A DNA stretch of 64,000 nucleotides, taken from positions 496,001-560,000 of the forward strand of contig LSRY02000040.1 in NCBI GenBank assembly GCA_001643675.2, written 5' to 3'. Below are positions 1 to 11,901 of the stretch, piece after piece; the first letter of the stretch is position 1; each line of letters begins with the position of its first letter. The notes below the pieces were generated by a model. That model was given only the letters and a program-made list of their open reading frames with translations. It did not search any database and was not told the DNA's origin. The stretch is from Monocercomonoides exilis PA203. Lineage: Eukaryota > Protista > Preaxostyla. The position numbers were made by a program, and so were the translations under genes.

Positions 1-25
1 TTCTGTTAAAATTTTGAATGCACAC

Positions 26-982
26 CTTGTCCGAGAGCATTTATTCCTCTTTCCTTATCCAAAACAGATGTCTCAATGGTGTAAATTGGAGTAGCTTTCA
101 CTTTGCATTCAATTCGGATGTCATCGGTTTCATTAGGTGACTGTTCACCCGCTAACAACGCAGCTTTAATTCCCTGGACTCCTGATGGAGAGTCACATGT
201 TAACTTTTATATTTTTAAATATTAAAGCAAAATGAAGATTCTCTTTTGTATATTTATGTAAATTAATTAAAAACATACGACAATCTCAGCACGAAGTTTA
301 ATTGGCTGAGGATTCAGACGTCTCAGGATATTTTGCATCAGTTGTTCACGAACTTTTGGTTCAATCATCAAATCTCCAAACACGGAATCAGGATCTCTGA
401 AAAATAAATGACATTATAACCATGAAAACAAAAACTTTGAGTTTTATTTAAACCTTAAAGCAACTTTGAAAGCATCGTATGCATGCCCATATTTCTTTGC
501 TAATGGCCATGCAATATTTCTGTAAAGCAAATCAATATCAATTGATTGAGCTTGTGAAATTGCTTGCAAAATTGCGTGAACAGTCTTTGATTTCGTAAGA
601 CGATCCATTGCACGTGCAATAAGTTTTGATTCAACTCTTCTTTTTGACAAATCAATGTATCCTTAATTTTGACGAATTTCAAGTAAATAATTAATAAAAA
701 TATAAAAACATCAAAACACCACATTCTTTTTCGCAAACCCTTTTCATGGTCAACTCGCAGAACCATAACAACTTCTTGCTTTCCAACTCTTGTAACTTGT
801 GCAATTGATTTAATTCTAGCAACACTCAATTCAGGTGTTGGAACAAATCCTTCTTTTCCACCATATTCTATCAACTTACAATATACACCCATTTCATCAA
901 GTCTAGAGACTTGCACAACCACTTGCTCCCCAACATTCGGAAGAGGATTTTCGTAGTATCTGTGAGTAATACGATCTGACAT
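26..982 (-). CDS. EIF2S1: Eukaryotic translation initiation factor 2 subunit alpha (3' part outside window)
   Basis: Exons 982-739, 661-454, 396-279 and 203-26 join in frame via GT-AG introns 738-662, 453-397 and 278-204; next donor at 25. Motifs: RYYENPLP, S1 domain '[43 protein letters not shown]', 'IAWPLAKKYGHAYDAFK', 'RRLNPQPIKLRAEI'. Confidence 0.96.
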
Positions 983-1167
983 CTTTTTTATAAAAGATCA
1001 ATAAATATAAATTTATAATTATTTTAGGATCAATATTTTTTTGTTTGTTTTTCTTGTAACAATTGAATTTATATGAAATTCATTTTCATAACAGAAATGA
1101 ATATATATAAAAAAAACAAACCCTTAAGATAGTTTTGATTCTCTTTTAGTGCCTTTTTTTTGTTGTA
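983..1167. promoter_or_regulatory. Putative bidirectional promoter (eIF2-alpha / CLEC16A-like)
   Basis: 185-bp very AT-rich gap between two divergent ATGs (982 on -, 1168 on +). Confidence 0.5.
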
Positions 1168-3248
1168 ATGAGTCTTAGCCTAACAGCAAGGCGGTTAAGA
1201 GATTTGCATGATACATGCTCATCTGTTTTGCGTGTTGTTCGTTTGGCAAGGCCTTATGATAATTCTGTAATTGGAGAAATGATTCGTGTTGTTCATTTGA
1301 TGCTGTTACTGGATAAAGCTGGTATTGATCCACACGATGCGTATGATTTCAATTTAAAGTTCATTGTCATATATTATTAATGTTAAACAAATTTTTTAAG
1401 AGAACATTCTCGACCTTTTCAAGAATTTTTACCTTCTCTTGCTTCTTTTTACTCTGAAATTTTGCGTTCAGAGAGCCCATTAGAAATGAGAGCTGAAGTC
1501 TATTCTTCGCTTAGTACTATTAGCTTAAATCTAAAAAATCCAGCAAATGTATCAGCATTTATGTCAAATAGAGTGATTCATTCATTACTTGACATTCCTG
1601 TTGATTACACGAACAACGAACTGTTATCTTATTATATTTCTACCTTACGATCATTAGCTTCTCGAATGGATATGACAAATTATCACTATTTTTTTAGAAG
1701 GATTGTTTGAGCTTAGATATTCTTTGAAATTTTTCTTTTAAAAGTCTGAGTTTCTTTATATTTTTAAGAATGGAAAGCTAGAAATGCCTATTTTTATATA
1801 TGCCGTTAAGTATTTTACCAATCCAGACAATCTCATTAAAACAGCCTGCCGTTCCATCATATTGACAATTCTAAAAGTGAAAGCACAACCGATTTTGGAG
1901 TATGCTGCAGACATGGATAATCCATTCCTGCACCACTTCACGGTCTATCTGATGGCGCTCTGCTATGACATTGCGAAGGCCAGCAGCACGACAGCCGCAG
2001 AGGAGGAGTTCAGAGAGTTCTACCTGAGGGGAGCTGGCGATGAAGGGGGTGACGAAAACAGCAGTGATTTCTGCGACGGGGAAGAGCTGGACAGCGAAGG
2101 CGAGGAGGAACCGCACGCGCTGCTGGTGTCTTCTCTGCTGTCGTCGCCGCCCCAGCTGCAGTCGCCAGAGACGCGCATGCTGTTCCGCATGCTCTTCATC
2201 GGCGACTCGGAGGCAATCGACGAGAAGAACAAGATCGTGTCCCAGTTCGCCAGCATGTACGCCTCCACACCTGCTGCCAAATTCTTTGATGCTGCAGGAC
2301 TCCCGCTTTCATCTGCCCCTTCTTCTTCTTCTTCTTTTTCTCCTTCTCATTCTCCTCCTTCTCCTTTTTCTTTTTCATCATCATCATCTTCTTCTTCTTC
2401 TGCAACCTCAACAACATCATCATCTGACAGCATCACTTTCGGATCCAGCTTCAATTCTGGCAATGGCTTTGGGTTTGGCACTGATACAAACGAGCAAAAC
2501 ACTCTGTACCCCTTTCCTACCAACTCCTCTTCCATCTCTTCCATCTCTTCCACCCCTTCTGCCCCATTTGCCTCAATCGATTCAATTCCGCCATTCAATC
2601 CATTTGCTTCATCCGCCTCTTATTTTCCCTCTTCCTCATTTGCCTCTTCTGCCTCTTCTGCCTCTTCTGCACAGTCAGCCATGCGCCAAGCCGAGCTGGC
2701 CGCGCAGTTTGTGCCCCTGGGCGATCTCCTGTCCGACTTCTCTGAAACCATCCTCATCCTGTGTGACATCATCCGCCTCGACTCACTCCTCCTCTCACAC
2801 TCCGTTGCTCGCCTGCTCATCGCCAACCTCATCGTCCCTCTCGCCCAGCAGTTCTGGCGCGTGCCTTGCGTACCGTTCTACTCGGTCTCAGCTGCCAGAT
2901 GCAAAGGGGAATATGCGCTGTGGAACTATCATCTTTCATCTGAATCATCCTCCTCCTCCTCCTCACCTTCTTCTTCTTCAATTGTTCCTTCTACTCTTTC
3001 TTATCTTTCTTCTCCAAATTATAACACAAATGCAAACATAAATGCAAATGCCAATCCAACAAGCTCAACATATCCTGCATCTATTGACACAGATGAGCAT
3101 CTTTCTTTCTCCTCTTCACAGCCTTCAGACACAAACAGCTCATTCACCATGCTCAACTTGCATTGTAAAGAGCAAAAATCACTCAGAATCAAAGGAGCAA
3201 CCAACATGCAATGGCATGCTTCTCCTTCTGATGCCACACTTTCCTATG

Positions 3249-3279
<31 letters not shown>

Positions 3280-6200
3280 TTCTTCCTCTTGCTCATCATC
3301 ATTGCAATCATCATCATCATCATCATCATCATCTTCTTCTTCTTTTTCTTCCTCTTCCTCTTCCTCCTGTGCAGCCCCTCCCTCTCTCTCCATCACCCCT
3401 CCTCCCAATCTGCTCCAACTGCCCACCATTCCCACCTCTTTGTGCCTTTTCCTCTTCACCACAATTCTTTCTTCTTCCCTTCCCCCTATCATCACATCTG
3501 CTGTGTGTTCAGTGCTGTCTTTCTCTGCCAAGCCACTCGCTTTGTCTTCTCTTGCGTCTCATCCTGTTGAGTTGCTTTCGATTTCTCGTTCGCTTCATCC
3601 ATCTTCTTCATCATCTTCATCGTCATCATCTTCTTCCTCTTCCTCTTCTTCTTTGAATAAAAGAAATTATTTAAATGCATCTTCATTGTCTGCATCATCA
3701 ACGTCTTTTGCATCTTCTTCTCCTTCTTCCTATTTGCGAAACGAATTTCTTTCTTCTCTTTCTTCTTCTTCTTCTTCTTCTTCTTCTTCTCCTTTTTCTC
3801 CTTCTTCTTCTCAATCAGAATTTTCTGACAGTCGTCGTTACAACTTAACAGGCTCCACAACATCGGCACTTCCAATTCCTCTTCCCGAATTCCACACGAA
3901 ATTCAGCCAAAACAAAGCAAAAGACAAAAACTCAGAAGGAAATTCTTCTGTTTCGTGTGCTGTTCCTCGAGGGATATTTGAAGGGCTGACGGATTTGCTC
4001 ACAGGGCAGCCGCTGGATGCGCCAGAGCCATTGAAATTGAATGAGAAGAAGGAAAGGAGGAAGAGGAGATTGGGGAAGGAAGGGAGCGAAGAGGTAAAAT
4101 TTAAGGAAGGGAAAGAAAGGAAAGAAGGGGAAGGAAGAGAAAGAGGAGGAGGAGAAGAAGAAGAATTAAATAGAGAAGAAGAAGACGACGACGAAGAAGA
4201 AGAAGAGGATAACAAATTAGGCATCATTAGCAAAGCCCACAAACAGCTTTTTTCCTTCTCAATTTCATCTCCATCCAATACCCCAAACACAAACTCAAAA
4301 TATCCCTCGTATCCTTCATCAACCATCAACTCCTTCACAAACAATCCATCATCTTTCTCTTCTTCTTCTTCTTCTTCCTCCTCTTCTTCCTCTTCTTCTT
4401 CCTCTTCTTCTTCCTCCATCTCATTCAAGTTCTATTCCTATCTCCCCTCCTTCACTCTCCTCTGCACCCTGCCCAATGCCACAAACATGCTCCTTTCTCC
4501 TTCTGTGCACAAGAACATGTCCTCTCTTTTCGACATCGACCGCAGACCCACCCGATTCTTAACCAGACAACAAAGAGAAGAGGCGAAGAAGAAGAGGGAA
4601 GAGAGGGAAGAGAGGGAGAATGCGATGAGAATACAGATCGCGTTTATGCAGACCCCTCCGATGCCGCACGAGGATTTCCACAATCCTTTTGCTAACTCTC
4701 AGTTTCCGCTTCCTCTGTCGTTGCTGCTGGCAAGGAAAGAGGAGAGGAAGAAGATGGAAGAGAGGAAGAAGGAGAAGGAGAAGAAGGAAGAAGAAGAAAA
4801 GGAAGAAGAAGAAAAGGAGAAAAATCGAATGGAAGGCAGTTCAAATGCTCATTTGGTGTTGTCGCCATCTTCTTCCTCTTCCTCTTCTTCTTCTTCTTCT
4901 TCCTCTTCCTCTTCTTCATCTTCTTCTTCCTCCTCTCCCCCTCTTCCTCTGTCTCCTCCTCCTCCTCTTCTCCAGTGGAGTGGGGTGGATGCAGAGAGAG
5001 CGGTGAGTGAGTGGAAGGAGAACGCGAAAGAGATTCCGTGGCAAGAAGAAGATGAGGAAGATGAGTTGGAATTGGAGCTGGAAGCGCTGGAAGAGGATTG
5101 GAGTGAAGAGGAAGAAGGAGAAGGAGAAGGAGAAGGAGAGGAAGGAGAAGAAGAAGAAGGAGAGGAGGAGGAAGAGGAAGGAGAGGAAGAAGATGGGAAA
5201 GACGAAGACATTGATGATGATGATGATGATGATGATGAGGAACAAGAATATAGAAAGAAAGAAGAAGGCGAAGGAGGAGAAAGAAGAGGAGGAAAAGGCG
5301 ATAATGATGAAAGAGAAAGAGAAAGAGAAAGAGAAAGAGAAAGAGAAAAAGAAAGAGAAAAGGAAAGGGAAAGAAAAGAAGAAGAGGTAGATGAAGATGG
5401 ATATGTGAACATTGAGTCTGTAAAACCTTTTTCATTTGCTTCAAATGCAACTGAAGCAAACACATCAGCAGCAAAAGGCAAAGAAGAAGAAGAAGAAGAA
5501 GAAGAAGAAGAAGACGATGATTCAAGCGCATCCAATGACGGATCAATCAAAACAAAGAAATTTCTTTCTTCTTCTTCTTCCTCATCTTCCTCCTCCTCAT
5601 CTTCCTCTTTCTCCTCTTCCTCTTTCTCTCTTTCACAATATGACCTCTCCACTCCCACCACGCCCTCCTCTCCTCCCTTCCCAAGCTACGTTCCCCCGCG
5701 GCGCATGAACATCCCTCTTCCTCCGTCTTCCGCTCTCACTCGCATTCGAAACGACACTTCCCTCTTCATCAAAGGAGAACTGTCTGGGTTTGACACACTT
5801 TGCTCGCTGGTGGCGTCTGACCCGCTGCTCAGTGCGATTCTGCCGCCGTCTCTGCAACAGAAGCAATCGAAAGAGAAGATGAAGGGGAAGATGAATGAGG
5901 GAAAGGAGAAGAAGGAGAAGAAGGAAACAAAGCAGATGAAGCAGATATCTGATAGGAAACAGTTGAATGCTAATGCTTCTTCATCCTCCTCTTCTGCTTC
6001 TTCTGCTTCTTCTGCTTCATCCACATCCTCCAAAGCATCTGTGATTCCAACAGGAAATTCTGCAAATACTGTCAAATTGATCGCAACTTCAACTACCACA
6101 ACAACAACTAAAACAACTGTAACAGCTTCATTTTCCAATTCTCCATCGCTTTCTCCTTCCTCTTCCTCTTCCTCCTCCTCTTTCTCATCATCTTCTTCCT

Positions 6201-6373
6201 CTTCCTCTTCTGATTCCTCCAATACACTCATTGCTTCATCATCATCACAATCCTTCCCCCTTTCCCTCACAACCACACACGCCTCTCTCTCTGCCCTGGC
6301 ACTTGCCTCCTTCGCCATCTCCACAAGTTCGGCAAGCACATCCCTCCAAAACGACATTGTCCGGCAAACTGTT

Positions 6374-6405
<32 letters not shown>

Positions 6406-9400
6406 CAACTCCCTTTCTCTGTCTCCCCCCATCGCCCTCAGCACCACCAACCCCTTTTCCTCTGTGCCTTCCCCAAACCTCTCCCCTTCCTTGTCTCCGC
6501 AGCAGCTCGTCTCTCTTTTCAGCACTTTGATGCTCCTTTCTGGATCAGTCCCTTCTTCTCTGTCGTCGTCCATCAGAAATTTGGAGGTTGTGGAAGGAAT
6601 CGTGCAAAGGCACATGCATTTGGCTGAGGTGGCGGCGCTGAGGAGGGTGAACAGGCTGAAGAAGAGAGAAGAGCTGAGGTTTGAGATGCGGCAGCAGAAG
6701 AAGCAGAACCTGCTGAACGAGCTGAAGTTCAGGAAGGAGTGGCATGTGACTGGGAATAATAATAATAGTAATAGTTATGCTTATTCTAATGCAAATGCAA
6801 TTTCTAATTCAAATATGAATACAAGTGCTAATTTAAACAGTTTTTCAAGCTCGCTTCCTTTGAATTCTTCTTCTTCTTCTTCTTCTTCTTCTTCTTCTTC
6901 TTCTTCTTCTTCTTCTTCTTCTTCTTCTTCTTCTTCCTCTTCCTCTTCTTCTTCCTCTTCACTTTCTCCTTCTTCCTCTGCTGTTTCACTTTCCACACTT
7001 TCTCCTCTCAAGCAGCTCAAGTCTGCCACCCAAACACAGCTTCCCTTGCGATACCACTCTCCTTCAATTTCTCATTCTCTTTCTCCTTCTCCTTCTCTTT
7101 CTCTCTCTCAAACCACAACACAACTTCCGTCCCAATCTCAAACACAGCTTGTCCGCAGAGAAAGAGACAGAGAAAGACCCAAAGGTTTCATTCCATTTGT
7201 CCCGTCTTCCCCTTTCGTCGGCTTCAGCGCCTCGACATTCTCAACCCCACGCATCTGCAGGGAATATGCGCTGGGCTGGTACAAGGAGATAACAAAACTC
7301 CATTCACAGACCGATTTTGTGTGTTTGCTGTTTCAGAGGATGCTTCTGACACCAATTCGAACGGCGTCGGCGTGTGATGCGAAGGAAAACACATTGGCAC
7401 AGCTGATTGCAGAGCACAACAGACAGATGGCAGGGGAGAGAGAGAAGAAGGAGAAGAAGGAGGAGGAGAAAGAGGAGAAAGAGATGAGCAAAGAAAAGAG
7501 GATTGGAGGAGCGAATGAAAAAGATGGTGAAGTTAATTCAGGAATAGTAACAACAACTACTATATCATCATCATCACCTTCTTCTTCTTCTTCTTCTTCT
7601 TCTACTTCTTCCTCCTCCTCTTCTCATCCTTCTCCAATCAACCCAATCGACACCACACTCTCCCCGGCAAATCTTGCTGCCTTCCCTTCTCATCAGACAG
7701 AAGTTCTGATTGATGATTGCCTCCCTCTGTCAACTCTGCTCTTTCTGTATGCTTTGATACAAAGTCCGCACACTCCTCATTCGTATCTGAAGGAAGTGGG
7801 GCTGGCTCCTGTGTTTAGAAGGAATTACTTGAGATCCTCTCGAAAAAAGGTGGAGAAACAAGAAAAGGAGAAGGAGAAGGAGAAGGAGAAGGAGAAAGAA
7901 AGAGAAAGAGAGAGAGAAAGAGAAAGAGAAATATCTATTGACAAGCTGAGAAGGAATGAAACAGGAAACAAACACTCAAAATACTCTTCTGAACTTCGCA
8001 ATGGAAGTAAAAAAAGCAGAAGAGAAAGAAACAAACACAGAAAAAGTAAGCACATAGGCAAGAAATATTCCAAGCATTTCTCTTCAAATCAAAAAGATGA
8101 CAGAACAACAAGAAGAATGAGCAGCAGCCATCGTTCTAACTATCGCGCGCTTTGCCGTTCTGACTCACCTGCTAACAGAAGTACTGCTGTTACAACGTCA
8201 CACAATAACAACAACAGATTTAATAACAACAGTTATAACCAATCAATGAAGCATTTATCTGCCTCTCCCTCTCACTTTGGAGGTTATTCGCATGTTCATT
8301 CTGACAGCAGAAGCAGAAGCAGAAGCAGAAGCAGAAACAAAAGAAGCAATGGAAGAAGAAGAAGTTGTTGTTCAACGCAATTTCATCACAGTCAATTGTC
8401 AACTCTTTCTTCTTCAATGTCTTCTTCGATTTCTCATCCACATTCGCATTCCTCTTCTCGTGATTCATTCTCATCGTCATTATCATCATCTCCTTCTTCT
8501 CTTTCATCCTCTTCTTCTTCTTCTTCTGCTTCTTCCTCTTCTTCTTCCTCCTCTGTTTCTTCATCTTCTTCCTCTTCCTCTTCTTATTCTTCTAATACAC
8601 ACCACCATTATCCATCCCACCAACACGCCAAACACAACACCCGAAATCTTTCCATTTCGCACTCACGTTTTTCTCCTTCTCCTTCTCCTTCTCCTTCTCC
8701 TTCTCCTTCTCCTTCTCATTCGTCTTCTCCTTCTCCTTCTCATTTGCTTCGCCCATCTTCTTCATGCCGTCGATCTTTCCACTCCTCCCACTCGTCATTC
8801 ACCCCTTCCTCCTCTCTCTATCGCTCACACAGCAGCTATTCCTCTAACACTTCTGATAGCAACAGAATCAACAAAAGAATTAGTAGATTCAGCAGAAGCA
8901 ACGAAAGCAGCAGAAGTGAGTCAGTTTCGCGCTATCGTCGGATTCCTTCGCTTTCTCCGTCTTTTTCTCCTCCGTCGCAGTCGTTTTTCCCATCCCCGTC
9001 TCGTCAGGAGAGCTGTTTGGACACGAAAATAAGCACAAACACACACACAAACACACATTTTGACAATAAGACACCCAAAAAGAGCGATAAAAGATTGAAT
9101 GAATATTCCATTGTGCACCGTTCAAATGTGAGGGCGCATTCAAAAAAGGAAAGAGAAAAAAACACAAATTTGAGTTCAATTAGAGAGACAGAGGGGAGAA
9201 TAGGAAGGAGCATGAAAGATAGAGAGAGAGAGAAGGAGAAGGAGATGAAGGGGAAAGAGAAAGAGAATGCAAGCATTATTAAAGCAAAAGGTCAAAATTC
9301 AAGGGAAATCAATCAGAAAGCTTCTAAACAAGCAGAAAAGACTATAAAGACAACAAAGACAACAACAACAGCAACAAACAGAATGAAAGAAGGGAAAAGC

Positions 9401-11868
9401 AAGATAAGTGCAAGCATAGCAATACGTAGCACAGGAAGCAAAGCACAAAAATCTGCTCACCTCCATTCTTCTCTGTCTTCTTTATCTTCTCATTCTCGTT
9501 CTCGTTCTCCTTTTTCTCGTTTGGACTTCGAAAGAAGCAGTGCTTCTTCTGAAGCTGATGACAAGGCAGTCAGAAAGCTGAAGAAAAGAGCACTGAAAAA
9601 GGCAGAGCTGATGCAGCGGCTGCCAACCACGTTCCATTTCGCAGCTGCGATAGAGAAAGAGAAGGAGAAGGAGAAAGAGGAGAAGGAGAAAGAGAAGGAG
9701 AAAGAGAAGGAGAAAGAGAAGGAGGAAGAAAGAGAAGGAGAAGCAGCAGGAGAGAAAGAAAAGAAGGACAAAAAGAAGGACAAGAAGAAACAAAAACAAA
9801 AACAGAAACAGAAGCAAAAAGAAGGAGGCGGAAAGAAAGGCCAACAGCAATCTTCAGAGCAATCCAGCGAAAGGAGCAAAGACGACTGGGATTTGCCCTT
9901 GTTGAGCGATCAGAGCAGCAGCAAAGCGAAGCTGAAGGCGCAGAAAATGGAGAAGAAATGGAACAAGAGGAAGAAGAAGCTGGACAGAAGAAAGAGGCTT
10001 CAAAGGCTGATTGGCAGAATTACACAGGAAGCAAACACATCTTCGGCACATGCATCAGCAAGGAGTGGGAGCGAAGGGAGTGAGAGTAAGTTTGAACGGA
10101 TGGGAAGAAGCAGAGGAGGAAGAGAAGGAAGAGAAGAAAGAGAAGGAAATGAAGAGAAGATGAGGAAGATGGAGAAAATGGAGAAGATGATGAAGATAAA
10201 AGAGAAAAATGGAAAAGCTGGGAGTTCGAGAAGAGATGAAAGGAAATACCAGAGAAGAGGAGAAGAAGAGGAAGAAGAGGAAGAAGACTATTACAATGAT
10301 TCCGAAGAAGAAGAGAACAGCAAATACAAAGATAGAAGTCAAGGGGGACAAAACTACAACCGTTTCTATTCGAAGGAAAGAGGTCGAAGAGAAGAAGAAG
10401 AGGAAGAAATAGAAGAAATAGAAGAAGCAACAACCACACTTCGTGATGCCTCTAATCCCCGAGGAGCATATGCCCCTGCCAATTACTTGTCCTCTGCTCG
10501 CACCACATTCACTGCAGTCACAGGGACCATCGCCACCGCTGCCTGCACTGCGTCTGGAAGCAGCACTGTCCTGAGGAGGAAGGAGGCGCTGCTCGAAGGC
10601 GGGCGAAAGCTGATTGTGGTGCTGACGCCTCTGAACGAAAGATCGCGCCTGCTCTTCACTCTGCTCACGGGAAGCGCGCGTGAAAGCGTGCTTTTCCCGG
10701 CCAACCAGCCGATGTCTGTGCTTGTGGACACACTCTCCAAGCGCTGGGGGATGATTCCGGATGTGTCGCTGCGTCTCTGTGTGGATCCGCTGCCTCTGAG
10801 GACGAAGCACTACGAGAAGCTGATCAACAAGACTGTGCCGATCACGAAGCGTCACCAAGGGCTGGATGATGAGCTGCCTGCGCCAAAGGACCTGAGAAGG
10901 GCGGGGAAGATGATTGAGTCGGAGCGCATGGCAAAGGGATTTGACAAGCTGAGAATTGACACGCTGGTAAGGGCGAGGATGGCACAGCTGCCGGTCTGGG
11001 CGCAGGCGAAGGAGGAGGCAGCGATGGAGTCGTATGGGCAGGAGGACAGCGATGTGCTGCTGGGTGCGCTGGCAAATGAAGTAGTGCCGCTCCACAAGGA
11101 GACGCTCTTCTTCTCAGTTTTCTTCGACAAGGCAGATGAGAACAGCACGGACGATCCGATTCTCCAGTACATCCTCGACAACACGCAGAAGACGCTGTTC
11201 TCTTCAGACATCTCTCCGTTCCCGCTTCCCCCTCCGCGCCACTGCGAGGTGAGGGAGATGCAAGTGGCTGCACCTTCTGTGCTGGAGTTTCTGTGCGACC
11301 CAAACCACCCAGCATCTGGGTTGAGCGCCTTTGCAGCAAGCGGGATAGGGTGGGGCGATTCGAGTGAAGAGCGCCTGAGGAAGAAGAAGATCAACGAGAT
11401 GATGAAGAAAAGGAAGAAGAACTCGTTTCAGTCGTTTGTGGAGACGGTGAACCAGGCAAAAGATGAGAAGGAGAGGAAGAAGATGGAGAAAGCAAGGCTA
11501 AAGATGCTGGATCCAAAGGAACGAAGACTCATCAAGCAGCAGAGGAAAGAGGAGAAGAGGCTGGCGAAGAGAGAGAAGAGGAGGAAGATGATGCTGATGG
11601 CAGCTGAGATGAACAAGAATAAGGCAGTATTTGAAGGAAGAGAAAGAGGAGAGCTGAGAGAGAGACAACTGATGCAGCAAATGATGGAGCAGCCTCAGAA
11701 TTCGTTGGGACAGGCAAGATTGACATTGAATTCTTCTTCTTCCTCTTCCTCTTCCTCTTCTTCTTCCTCTTCTTCCTCTTCTTCTTTTGAAAGGAATTCG
11801 CAATTGAAGGAAATTGAAAGTTCGTTGAAAGATATACAAGGAAGAGAAAGAAGGAAAGAGAAAGAGAA

Positions 11869-11901
<33 letters not shown>

